This document shows positions 29,255 through 40,393 of a stretch of 64,000 nucleotides of DNA, in pieces (position 1 is the stretch's first letter; the number at the start of each line of letters is the position of its first letter). A program made the translations under genes and the position numbers. Origin of the DNA: an uncultured Acidobacteriota bacterium (lineage in GTDB: Bacteria; Acidobacteriota; Terriglobia; Acidiferrales; UBA7541); the NCBI GenBank assembly GCA_963782135.1, contig CAWAIG010000002.1, positions 456,756 to 520,755 of the forward strand, read 5' to 3'. The notes under the pieces are model-generated. The model was not told where the DNA came from, ran no database searches, and worked only from the letters and a program-made list of their open reading frames with translations.

Positions 29255-31993
29255 ATGAATCCTCGCCCGAGAAGCTGGCTTTCCTCGTTTGTGGGGATGT
29301 GTGTTTTCCTCCTCTCCTGTACAGTGCGTTCTCCGGCACACCAACCCATCCAGCAGCCGAACGTTTCCCCAGCGCCTGCCCAAAGGCTACCTCCTCCCTC
29401 TTCTGATCTTGCCGTGCAAGAAGACGAGTTAATCAAGAAGTGTAACGAACAGTTGAACGTTAAAGGCCAATTCAACGAAGCCGAGGAATCGGCTAAGCAA
29501 GCCCTCGAACTCAGCCAGAAAATGGGCGACAAAAAACGGGTTATGGTGGCGATGCTCTACCTCGGCTCCGCTTATTATGGACAGGGCCGCAGGCCCGAAG
29601 CCTTGGAGGTCTTCCAAAACACCGCGGCACTAGCACGCGAGATCGACAATCGAAAGGGACTCTCTCGCGCACTGAACAACATTGCAGGCGTGCTCGGCGA
29701 CCTGGGACGTTACGAAGAATCGATCAGCTACCTCTATCAATGCCTGGATGCGGCGCGTGCGCTGGACGATCAGCCCATGCAATTCACGGCACTGTTGAAC
29801 GTCGGCCAGTTGTACATCCGCCTGGGAGATCCAGACAAAGCCGCGGCTCCGCTGCTCGAGTCGCTTCGGATAGCCCGGGGACTGAAGCACAGCGACATGG
29901 TGAGCAATCCTTCCAAAGTGGCTACGGAAGCTTCCCTGCGGGTCCTGGGCGACATGGAGATCGCACGCGAACGCTTTCAGCCGGCGTTGAAGTATTTGGA
30001 TCAAGTCCGCGAGAGTCATCCGGATGACGCGCTAGCGCAAATCGAGCTCCTCGGCAGTTTGGCCGTGGCCCACCAGAAACTTGGCGAATACCAGAAAGCC
30101 GCGGAGGACCTTCAAGAAGCCATACCGATCGCTGAGAAAGCAAATAGTGGGACATACCCGCTTCTTGTTGCCAACCTGGGTGAAGCCCAGGAATCGCTCG
30201 GGCAGCTGAACGAGGCGCTGGCGTCGGAAGACCGCGCCTTGACAGCACTTCGGCGGACAGGTGGAAACTCTGACGAAGAGTGGCTCATCGAGAGGCGCAT
30301 CGGCCATATTGATCGGGCCCTTGCCCGCAGCGAAGAGGCTCTCGCGCATTACGAGAATTCCATCCATGACATCGAACTTCTTCGCGCCACCGCACTGAAC
30401 ACCGAGACTGGGCGCGCCAGCTTCGTGGGTCGCAGCCGGATGGTTTATGTGGAGACCGCCGATCTGCTTCACGACATGCACCGCGAGGCAGAAGCTCTGG
30501 AAATGGCCGAGCTTGGCCGCGCCAGGGCTTTCCTCGATATTTTGGCGATGTCTCGCAGCGGGATACCGGACGAACTGACGCCCGAACAGCGCAAGCGCGA
30601 GGACGGGATACTGGCTCGCATTTCTGGCGTGCAAAAAAATCTGTGGAAGGAAAACATTTCCCCGGACGAAGAGAGAAAACTCAAAGCGGAGCTAAGCTCA
30701 GCCGAGGATGATCTTGAAACTTTTCATCTCGGCGTGCGGCAAACCAACCCGCGTTACGCAAGCATCCAGTTTCCGGAGCCGGTGAACGTCAGCCGTATAC
30801 AGCAGGACTTGCTTGATGCGCAAACGGTCCTGGTGGAATTCCTCCTGGGTGAAAAACGATCACTCGTCTGGGTTGTGTCCAAGGACAAGCTAACTGTGGG
30901 CGTCTTGCCTCCGCGTAAGGAGATTGAAGATGAGGTTGCTACCTATCGGAAGGCATTGGCCGGCAAAGTGTCGGCCTTGACGTTGGCCGGATCACTTGCC
31001 GAAATTGAACCGGCCGGCAGGAAATTGTATGGCTCTCTGCTTCAGCCGGTCGAGCATGCGCTCGTCGGAGCCCGTAGCTTGGTGGTCGTGCCTGACGGCC
31101 CCTTGGGTTACTTGCCCTTTGAGACCCTGGTTCTGCCTGCGCACCACGCCTCTTCTGGTAGAGAGCGCTCTACATATTTATTGGAGAGGTTTGCCATCCT
31201 TTACGGCCCTTCGGCTTCCGCCCTGGTTGCAGTAAGAGAGATGAATGGCAAATCAGGCACGCCCGCCAAGACGCTTTTGGCCTTCGGCGACCCGATTGTT
31301 GATGCCGCCACGGCGGCTGCAAAAAGCGGAGCGGAGGCTACCCGCTCTAGTTCTCCGGAGACGTTGTCAAAACCCGAAGCAACAGTTGCTGACGAATATG
31401 CGGAGCGTGGTTTTTCGTTTTCGCGGCTTCCCTACACGCGGGAGGAGGTGCTCGGCATCAGCAATCTTTACCCTGCAAATCAGCGCCAGGTCTACCTCGG
31501 CGAACAGGCGCGTGAAGAAGCGGTGAAGTCAGAGAATCTCGGCGGCTATCGCTATATCCACTTCGCAAGCCATGGATTTGTTGATGAGATCCAGCCCTCG
31601 CGCTCTGGCATTCTGTTTTCGCGCGACTCCCATTCCGCTGAAGACGGCATCCTGCAGATGGGCGAGATCATGCGCTTGAAGATGAATGCGGATCTGGTGA
31701 CACTTTCCGCCTGCAGCACAGGCTTGGGCAAGCTGGTGAACGGCGAAGGGATCCTGGGTTTGACCCGAGTTTTTTTCTACGCGGGCGCGCGCAATGTCAC
31801 CGTAAGTCTTTGGAACGTGAACGATTCCTCGACTTCAACACTCATGAAAGCCTTTTACGAAAATCTCAACCGGGGATTGTCAAAAAGTGCGGCCATGCGC
31901 GAGGCAAAGTTGGCCCTGTTACGCGGCAAGGAGACCGTTTGGCGCCATCCTTACTATTGGGCAGCATTTGTTCTGGTCGGCGAAGGAAAGTGA
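29255..31993 (+). CDS. TPR-CHAT (caspase-like) protease with lipoprotein-like leader
   Basis: VFLLSC lipobox-like motif; TPR helices; IHFASHG and LSACSTG His-Cys dyad; HPYYWAAFVLVG. Confidence 0.9.
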   Translation: MNPRPRSWLSSFVGMCVFLLSCTVRSPAHQPIQQPNVSPAPAQRLPPPSSDLAVQEDELIKKCNEQLNVKGQFNEAEESAKQALELSQKMGDKKRVMVAMLYLGSAYYGQGRRPEALEVFQNTAALAREIDNRKGLSRALNNIAGVLGDLGRYEESISYLYQCLDAARALDDQPMQFTALLNVGQLYIRLGDPDKAAAPLLESLRIARGLKHSDMVSNPSKVATEASLRVLGDMEIARERFQPALKYLDQVRESHPDDALAQIELLGSLAVAHQKLGEYQKAAEDLQEAIPIAEKANSGTYPLLVANLGEAQESLGQLNEALASEDRALTALRRTGGNSDEEWLIERRIGHIDRALARSEEALAHYENSIHDIELLRATALNTETGRASFVGRSRMVYVETADLLHDMHREAEALEMAELGRARAFLDILAMSRSGIPDELTPEQRKREDGILARISGVQKNLWKENISPDEERKLKAELSSAEDDLETFHLGVRQTNPRYASIQFPEPVNVSRIQQDLLDAQTVLVEFLLGEKRSLVWVVSKDKLTVGVLPPRKEIEDEVATYRKALAGKVSALTLAGSLAEIEPAGRKLYGSLLQPVEHALVGARSLVVVPDGPLGYLPFETLVLPAHHASSGRERSTYLLERFAILYGPSASALVAVREMNGKSGTPAKTLLAFGDPIVDAATAAAKSGAEATRSSSPETLSKPEATVADEYAERGFSFSRLPYTREEVLGISNLYPANQRQVYLGEQAREEAVKSENLGGYRYIHFASHGFVDEIQPSRSGILFSRDSHSAEDGILQMGEIMRLKMNADLVTLSACSTGLGKLVNGEGILGLTRVFFYAGARNVTVSLWNVNDSSTSTLMKAFYENLNRGLSKSAAMREAKLALLRGKETVWRHPYYWAAFVLVGEGK

Positions 31994-32838
31994 ATTAACG
32001 ATTGCCGAGACTGCAAGATAGAGAACAGAGATTCTCGTACTGTGGGCTGTCGAAAGCGTCCGACTCTGACGGTCATGGCGGGGTGTAAGCGGGAGCTGCC
32101 CCAGTTTGTTGGTTCAGTTGGGTGTAACGCGCCCTGTTTAGACAAGTGCAGTCTCTTTGCTGTGCAAAAGTCCGGTTCCAGGAAAGCAACGAGTGAGCAG
32201 TATTTTCCCTCGACTGCGGCCCTGATAAGTCGTAGCTAGTTCATTCGGAAGCACACGCGCCAGGTTGCTGTGTCCGCGCCTGATTATCGCCCAAACATTA
32301 CAAGCGGAGTTGCATAGTCGCTACCGGTTTTTTTTTGCTAGCGGCGCCAGTCCTGAGCGTGATTGGTATGTCCCTCGCATTGAAAACCGCGTGACGTAAC
32401 TACAGAAGCTGAGTATTCGTTTCGCGTCGCCCATTAATAAATGCATTGACTCGTTGTGTCCTCGGATTGACACTGAAGGCCCCTCCTAAGAATCTGCACA
32501 TCGAGCTCCCGCACCCTCTCCCTTAGCTCAGTGAACCTTGGCGCCACTAGCATTTTTTGTTTGACTTGGGGCTCGTTCGCATACGTGCGTCGATGCAGTG
32601 CCAGCGGATTTTCCGGTTAGAGGATGATGAAGGCAAAAACTCGCGAGATTCAAGCCAAAATGGTGAGTGTTACCACATGCATGCCCAAGGGCATCGCTGT
32701 GAATTTTTGGGCCTGCCCGGAACCTGCTGATGTTTGTGGCGAGCGGCGATCGGGCGGGCGATTCCGCAACCTGCCTGCATGGTCCTTCCGATCTCAAGCG
32801 CACGCTGCGGACGAGCGAACTCCTCCAGGGGGCCGGGA

Positions 32839-34677
32839 ATGCAACTGAGATCAACGCGGCGAGGGAGGCAAGAGGCAACGAAAATCCTGATTGCCGACGA
32901 TGATTTGGTCACGCGGCGATTGCTGCAAAGAACGCTGGAGCACGTAGGTTACCAGGTTGTGACGGCCGAGAACGGGCACACGGCGCTGGAAGCATTGTCC
33001 AGCGACACTGGCCCGCGCTTGGCGCTCTTGGATTGGCTCATGCCAGGGCTTAACGGACCCGAAGTTTGCCGAGAGATCCGCAGGCACTCTGAGTATCCGT
33101 ACATCTACATGATTCTGCTAACCGCGAGAACGTCCAAAGTGCACGTCGTCAGGGGTCTCGAAGCGGGCGCCGACGATTACATTACGAAGCCTTGCGATTT
33201 AGAAGAACTGAAGGCGCGCTTGCGGTCCGGTGAACGTATTCTGAAACTGGAAGACAAACTGACCTACGATGCGCTTCACGACCCGCTCACGCAGTTGCCC
33301 AACCGCTCCTTTTTTCTGGAGCGGTTGATGCTGTGCGTCAGCTGGGGAATCCTCCATCCAGATTATAAATTTGCAGTGTTATCCATCGACATGGATCGCT
33401 TCAAAATCGTCAATGACAGTCTGGGGATCTCGGCAGGCGACTGGCTTCTGGTGCAAATTGCCGACCGGCTGCTCGGATCCATTCGGCGGGATGATGCGAT
33501 TTTGCGTACAGCGGAAACGGGAAGGATGGCTGGTCAACGGGAGGAGGCCGGCATACTGGCGAGACTAGGAGGAGACAAGTTCACCATCTTGCTGGATAAC
33601 ATCCGGGACGCGAGCGAAGGAATTCGAGTGGCCGAACGAATTCAACAGAACATCCGAGCGCCCTTTGATATCGATGGACAAGCGGTGTTCATCACCGCGA
33701 GTATCGGCATTGCTTTCAGCGGAACTGGCTATAGCGCGGCGGAGGATATGCTCGGCGATGCAAATACGGCGATGGCCCGAGCCAAGACTCTCGGCAAGGC
33801 CCGGTATGAAATGTGCGATCCATCAATGCACGCGACCGCTGCGGGCCGCTTTCGGCTGGAGACGGACCTGCGCCAGGCCACGGAACACCAGGAATTTCGC
33901 GTGCACTACCAGCAGATCGTTTCCTTGCTCGATTTTCGCATCACCGGCTTCGAAGCCCTAGTGCGCTGGCAGCGGCCGGAATTCGGATTGCTGATGCCCG
34001 GGAGTTTCATCTCGGCCGCCGAGGATACCGGCGTGATCCTATGGATTGGGAACTGGATTTTGCAGGAAGCCTGCCGCCAACTGTGCGCCTGGAACTTGCA
34101 ATTTCCTTCAACGCCCCCGTTTACCATGGCCGTAAATATCTCTGCCAAGCAGTTTGCACAGGCCGATTTAATAACCCAAATCGGCCATATCTTGAGCGAA
34201 ACGGGCCTTGCACCTGACAACTTGAGGTTGGAACTTACGGAAAGTGTGACCATGCGCGATGAGGAGCGGACGACGCGAACGCTCAAGGAACTCCGGAAAC
34301 TGGGTGTGCGCTTGTGCATCGATGACTTCGGAACAGGATATTCGTCTCTGAGTTATCTGCGCCGGTTTGCGCTGGATATTCTGAAAATCGACCGCTCCTT
34401 CGTTGCCGATATGCTGATCAACAGCGAAAGCCTGGAGATCGTAAAAACTATCTTGAGCCTTGGAAGCAATCTGGGAATGAAGGTCATTGCGGAGGGCGTG
34501 GAGACAGCCGAACAGGCGAGCCAGTTGAAATCGCTTGGCTGCGAGTATGCTCAAGGGTATTTCTTCTCCAAGCCGCTTGATGCAGCGGCGGTGGCGCGAA
34601 GCCTGGTGGCTTGCGAACCGAACTCTTACATGCTGTCCCTGCAACCTTTCAGGCAGCTCGTTGCCCCAGCGAGGTGA
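32839..34677 (+). CDS. REC-GGDEF(degenerate GGDKF)-EAL protein
   Basis: [58 protein letters not shown]. Confidence 0.9.
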   Translation: MQLRSTRRGRQEATKILIADDDLVTRRLLQRTLEHVGYQVVTAENGHTALEALSSDTGPRLALLDWLMPGLNGPEVCREIRRHSEYPYIYMILLTARTSKVHVVRGLEAGADDYITKPCDLEELKARLRSGERILKLEDKLTYDALHDPLTQLPNRSFFLERLMLCVSWGILHPDYKFAVLSIDMDRFKIVNDSLGISAGDWLLVQIADRLLGSIRRDDAILRTAETGRMAGQREEAGILARLGGDKFTILLDNIRDASEGIRVAERIQQNIRAPFDIDGQAVFITASIGIAFSGTGYSAAEDMLGDANTAMARAKTLGKARYEMCDPSMHATAAGRFRLETDLRQATEHQEFRVHYQQIVSLLDFRITGFEALVRWQRPEFGLLMPGSFISAAEDTGVILWIGNWILQEACRQLCAWNLQFPSTPPFTMAVNISAKQFAQADLITQIGHILSETGLAPDNLRLELTESVTMRDEERTTRTLKELRKLGVRLCIDDFGTGYSSLSYLRRFALDILKIDRSFVADMLINSESLEIVKTILSLGSNLGMKVIAEGVETAEQASQLKSLGCEYAQGYFFSKPLDAAAVARSLVACEPNSYMLSLQPFRQLVAPAR

Positions 34678-34855
34678 GCCGAAGATATGCCCGTAGCCCG
34701 TTGGACACCGTTCGACAATGCCGGCTTGACCGTGCTTAGGGCTGATATAAACTTGAGTTCCCTTCGATTAAAATCAGTGCGCGACAACAAGCTGCCCTCT
34801 TTCAGCTCTCGGGATCGCGTCCGGACTAGATTCTCCCTTTCCAACTTGGTGCGAG

Positions 34856-37030
34856 ATGAAGATGAAGTCTCTACTTGGTTACAGGCTGCAACTCGCGTTC
34901 GCGACCGCCATTTTGTCTTTGCTCATCGTGGGCGTGGTCTCCTATCGCGGCATGGCCGAGTCCAGGGAAAGCGATCGATGGGTTCGGCACACGCATGAGG
35001 TTCTCGAGAACCTCCAGGATTTGCTCGCGGCCATGCAGGCCGTGGAATCGAGTGCCCGCGGGTATTTGTTGACAGGCGACGAATCCTTTCTCGAGGTTTA
35101 CCAAGCCGGTATAGCGAGGACCGAGAAGGCCCAGGCAATCGTGCGCAGCTTGACGGCGGATAATCCCGAACAGCAGCGCAGGCTTGCTGCTGTTGCAACG
35201 CTTGTAGCTCGGAAATTCCAGTTCGATGAGAAGGTCATGGGCTTACGACGGACGAATGGCTTACAAGCCGCCACGAATGCCATCCAAAAAGGATCCGGCA
35301 CACAGATTATGGATGATTCTCAAAAGCTCGTTGGCCAGATGCAGGACGAAGAACAGCAGTTGTTGGTGCTACGTGAGGCGGACGCAGCGCGCCGCCTCGG
35401 GCAAACTAAAACAGCTTTGATCCTCGGAACAGCCCTCGGTCTGTTGATCACCTGCCTCGCCGGTTGGAGCGCCCAACGCGACGAATCCGCACGCGGGGAT
35501 GCAGAGGAAGCCCAGCGCGAAGGGGAAGGGCGCTTCCGCAGCGAGAGCAAAGAGTCTGGGGCGAAGTACCGCGGGCTGCTGGAAGCGGCGCCGGATGCGA
35601 TGGTGGTGGTGAACCAGGGCGGAGAAATCGTGCTGTTGAACGTGCAGGCGGAGAAGCAGTTCGGATACAGCCGCGATGAACTCGTCGGGCAGAAGGTGAA
35701 GAACATCATTCCGGAGGGCTTCGCGGAACGGCTGATCGCGGATGGTACGCGAAGCGCGGCGGAGGCACTGGCGCAGCAGATCGGCACGGGCATCGAACTC
35801 ATTGCGCGGCGGAAGGATGGAAGCGAGTTTCCCATCGAGATCATGCTGAGCCCGCTGGAAAGCGCCGAGGGAACGCTGGTGACGGCGGCGATCCGCGACA
35901 TCAGCGTGCGCAAGGCTGCGGAAAAGCATCTGGCGCAGATGGAGGGCAGGTACCGCGGGCTGCTGGAGGCGGCTCCGGATGCCATGGTGGTGGTGAACCA
36001 AGGCGGAGAGATCGTTCTGCTGAACGTGCAGGCGGAGAAGCAGTTCGGATACAGCCGCGACGAACTCGTCGGGCAGAAGGTGAAGAACATCATTCCCGAA
36101 GGCTTCGCGGAACGGCTGGTCGCGGACGCACTTCGATCCGTGGAAGACGCGCTGGCGCAGCAGATCGGCACGGGGATTGAGCTCATCGGGCGGCGCAAGA
36201 ATGGCAGCGAGTTTCCGATCGAGATCATGCTGAGCCCGCTGGAAAGCGCCGAAGGAATCCTGGTGACGGCGGCGATCCGCGACATCACCACGCGCAAAAA
36301 GGCCGAAGCGAATCTTCTGCACAAGGTGGAGGAACTAAACCGCTCGAATGAGGAATTGGGGCAGTTTGCCTACATTGCCTCGCACGATTTGCAGGAGCCG
36401 CTGCGGATGGTGGCCAGTTACACGCAGCTTCTTGTCCAGACGGTACAAGGGAAAGCTGGACTCCGATGCCGACGAGTTTATTGCTTTCGCTGTGGACGGC
36501 GCCAGCCGCATGCAGCGCTTGATCCAGGATCTGCTGGCCTATTCGCGCGTCGGGACAAAAGGCAGGGATCTGGTCGAAATCTCCAGTGAAGAAGCGCTGG
36601 CACAGGCGCTGCTAAATCTGCGCGGCGCCATCGAGGAAAGAGGCGCGCTCGTGACCCACGATCCTACTGCCCTCCGTGCTGGCGGACGAGATGCAACTGA
36701 TCCAGTTATTTCAAAACCTGATCGGCAATGCCATCAAGTACCAGAGTTCCGGAATCCCGAAAGTGCACATCTCCGCCGCCAAGAATGGCGGGAAGAAATG
36801 GACATTTTCGGTGAAAGACAACGGACTGGGAATCGACTCGCAGTACTTTGAAAAGATTTTTGGCATGTTCCAGCGGCTGCATAAGCGGGAAGAATTCGCC
36901 GGCACCGGCATCGGCTTGGCCATCTGCAAAAAGATTGTCGAGCGGCACGGCGGCAACATTTCGGTCGAGTCACAAGCCTGGGCACGGTTCCACGTTTCGC
37001 TTTGCCTTGGCAGAAAGTCAGAGCAAATGA
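34856..37030 (+). CDS. CHASE3-PAS-PAS sensor histidine kinase (frameshifts near 36430, 36665, 36975)
   Basis: [13 protein letters not shown]3; two PAS repeats; [11 protein letters not shown]-box; [15 protein letters not shown] and GTGIGLAIC spread over several frames. Confidence 0.85.
35567..36290 (+). repeat. Tandem near-identical PAS-coding duplication (384-bp offset)
   Basis: [15 protein letters not shown]...AAIRDI occurs twice, from 35567 and 35951. Confidence 0.85.
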
Positions 37031-37497
37031 ATGACCGATATCATCGGAGGAGAAGGTATGCCCATAGAGGTGCTTTTGGTCGAAGACAGTCCCGGCGATG
37101 TCCGGCTGACGCAGGAAGCCTTCCGCGATGCCAATAGGTCCATTCATTTGCACGTGGCCTCCGACGGCGTGGAGGCCATGGCGTTTCTGAGGCAGGAAGG
37201 GGCTCACATCCCAAGCTCCACGCCCGGAACTCATCTTGCTGGATCTGAACCTCCCCAAAATGGATGGCCGCGAGGTACTGGCCCATATCAAGGAAGATCC
37301 AAGTCTGAAAACTATCCCAACCGTAATCCTGACCACATCCGAGGCGGAAGCCGACATCGTGAAAAGCTATCAACTCCAGGCAAACTGCTACCTCAGCAAG
37401 CCGGTGCAGCTGGATGCGTTTGAGAGCCCTGGTGAAGAGCATCAACGATTTCTGGCTGACCAAAGTCAAGTTGCCACAGCAGAGACAAAACGGATGA
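37031..37497 (+). CDS. Single-domain response regulator, Rcp1-like (frameshifts near 37210, 37427)
   Basis: [10 protein letters not shown]; [14 protein letters not shown]; ILTTS; ANCYLSKPV; INDFWL in successive frames. Confidence 0.85.
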
Positions 37498-39611
37498 TTA
37501 GGAAGTCACTTAGGTTGCTTCTTCTGGTCGAGGACAACCCCGGAGACGCCCGTTTACTTCGCGAGATGCTCAATGAAGCAGGCGCGCACAAAACTGAAAT
37601 GACACAAGTCGAGAGCATGAGAGAGGCCGAGAAGCATCTTTCACGGTCAGCATTTGACATTGTCTTGCTCGACCTGGGATTGCCCGATGCGCAAGGATTG
37701 GAGGCAGTACGGCGAGCCCGTGCCGTAGCCCCCCGCGTCCCTCTCGTGGTGCTGACGGGCTTAGACGACGAGTCTGTCGCCGCTCAAGCGTTGAAGAAGG
37801 CGCGCAGGACTATCTCATCAAAGGCCAAATCGAGACTCGTGGGCTTCTGCGGGCCCTGCGTTACGCCATCGAACGCAAGACCATGGAAGAAGCACTATTC
37901 GTGGTAAAGGAACGCGCCCAAGTCACGCTGAACTGCATTGGCGACGCCGTTGTTTGCACCGACATCTCAGGAAATATCACGTTCCTCAATCTCGTCGCGG
38001 AAAAAATGACGGGTTGGCCGTGGGAAGAAGCGCTAGGACGGCCTATGGCGGAGGTGTTCCGGATTCTGGATGCCCTGACCCACGAAACCACTCCGAATCC
38101 GATGGACGTGGCCGTGGGCCAGAATCAGAACCGTGCACCTGCCATCGAATTGTATCCTCATCCGGCGTGACGGATTTGAAATGCCGATCGAAGACTCCGT
38201 TGCCCCTATCCACGACCGTGAAGGGAAAGCTACTGGGGCCGTCATCGTCTTTCGCGACGTGAGCGCTGCTCGAGCCATGGCAAACCAGATGACCCATTCG
38301 GCCCAGCACGACTTTCTGACCGGCTTGCCCAATCGCATGCTCCTGAACGACCGCGTAAACCAGGCGATCGCTTTGGCTCCACGGCATTCGAAAAGAGTTG
38401 CCGTACTCTTTTTGGACTTGGACGGGTTCAAGCATATCAACGATTCCCTCGGACATCCCATCGGCGACAAACTTCTACAATCCATCGCAAGACGCCTCGT
38501 GGGTTGCGTGCGCAGCACGGACACCGTGAGCCGGCAAGGGGGTGACGAGTTTGTGGTGTTGCTTTCCGAAATGGAACAGCAAGAAGATGCGGCCATCTCG
38601 GCGATAAGAATCCTGGGAGCTGTGGCCGGGGCCCACTCCATCGACCAGCACGATCTTCACCTCACCGCCAGTATTGGCGTGAGTGTGTACCCCGACGACG
38701 GCAAGGACGCGGAGACGCTCATCAAGAATGCGGACACCGCCATGTATCAGGCCAAGGAAAATGGGCGGCAGAGCTATCAATTTTTCAAGCCGGCCATGAA
38801 CGTCCGCGCCGTGGAGCGGCAATCCATCGAGGAGAGCCTGCGGCGCGCCCTTGAGCGCAAAGAATTCTCATTGCACTACCAGCCCAAGATCAAGATCGAA
38901 ACCGGAGAGATAACCGGCGCGGAAGCCCTTATACGCTGGACCCATCCGACTCGGGGTCCTGTCTCTCCGGCAAATTTTATTCCCGTCGCGGAGGATTGCG
39001 GCCTGATTCTGCCGATCGGCAACTGGGTCCTTCGTGAAGCGTGCAAGCAAGCGCGTGCCTGGCTGGACGCGGGCCTGCCCCTGGGCACCATCGCGGTGAA
39101 CATTTCCTCGATGGAGTTCCGTGAGGACAATTTTCTAGAGAGTGTGTTCACGACTCTCAGCGAAACTGGCCTCGATCCGAAATGCCTCGAGCTGGAACTG
39201 ACGGAGAGCGTTTTGATGAAGCGCGCCGAGTCCGCCGCCTCCGTGCTGAAAACTTTGAGAGCAAGAGGGGTACAGATTGCCGTCGATGACTTCGGCACGG
39301 GCTATTCCAGTTTGAGCTACCTCCGAAAGTTTCCGATCGACGCTCTCAAGATCGACCAGTCGTTCGTCCGCCAGATTACTTCTGCTCCGGACGATACGAC
39401 CATCGTGACCGCGGTGATCAGCATGGGCCGCAGCCTGAAGTTACGAGTAGTTGCTGAGGGAGTGGAATCGAGGGAAGAGTTAGGCTTTCTTCAGACTCAC
39501 CTGTGCGACGAGGCGCAAGGCTTCTATTTCAGCCGGCCTGTGCTTCCCAAGCAATTCGCCATATTGCTGAAAACCGGAATCCCCGAATCGGCGGTTGTGG
39601 TTCATCGGTGA
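37494..39611 (+). CDS. REC-PAS-GGDEF-EAL protein (frameshifts near 37795, 38128)
   Basis: [47 protein letters not shown] across three frames. Confidence 0.85.
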
Positions 39612-39716
39612 GTATATGTTGGCAATCGAATCACTGAAACGGTGCGCGGGCGTGAGTGTCAGGTTTGATCTTGCCGCTGATGAATTCGCATCAGCCCGCC
39701 CGCTAGAAATCGAATA

Positions 39717-40250
39717 ATGGAAGTCCTTCACAAAACAGCGTATGGCCAGCCAACGCCTGTTCCTGCCAATTCTGTCGAAAAACGCAGCTGTCCCCGCTAT
39801 CCTTTCTCGCCTGAAGTCGAGGTAATCGATATTCAGTCGGATACGCGGTTAAGGGCTCGGCTCTCGGATATCAGCAGGAACGGTTGTTACGTGGATACGA
39901 TTAACCCGGTGCCGAAAGACACTGCCATCAAGCTGAGGATCAAGCGAGATAGTCTCTCCTTCGAGACTCAGGCGAAAGTTGTCTATTCGAACGCTGGCAT
40001 GGGCATGGGCATGCTGTTCACCACGGCGGAACCCGACCAACTCCAGGTGCTCGGCAAATGGCTCAGTGAACTGAGCGGCGGGAAAACGGTTCCGCAGGTC
40101 CCGTCAAATCTCTCAATTCAACCTGAGACCGCGAAAAATACCGATCCGGAATTACGCAAGGTCGTTACTGACCTGATTGCTCTGCTTAATGGCAAAAACA
40201 TTCTGAACGATTCCGAAGGAATGGCTCTTTTACGAAAGCTTTCCAAATAG
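39717..40250 (+). CDS. PilZ domain protein
   Basis: RSCPR (RxxxR) and DISRNG (DxSxxG) c-di-GMP-binding motifs. Confidence 0.85.
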   Translation: MEVLHKTAYGQPTPVPANSVEKRSCPRYPFSPEVEVIDIQSDTRLRARLSDISRNGCYVDTINPVPKDTAIKLRIKRDSLSFETQAKVVYSNAGMGMGMLFTTAEPDQLQVLGKWLSELSGGKTVPQVPSNLSIQPETAKNTDPELRKVVTDLIALLNGKNILNDSEGMALLRKLSK

Positions 40251-40393
40251 TCGAACTTGGAGAGGAGTCCAGATTTCGCTTTGGGTAAAGATGGATGGCC
40301 GCTCGCTGACTTCCCAGAAGTCTGGCTCGCGGAAATGCGGGCTTCAAGATCTGTCTGGACATTGAGGGAGGATTTGAGCCGATGCCCACCACT

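Noticed and set aside
32090-32145. Possible IS3-like terminal repeat remnants
   Set aside because: Only vague resemblance; no transposase or matching partner end.
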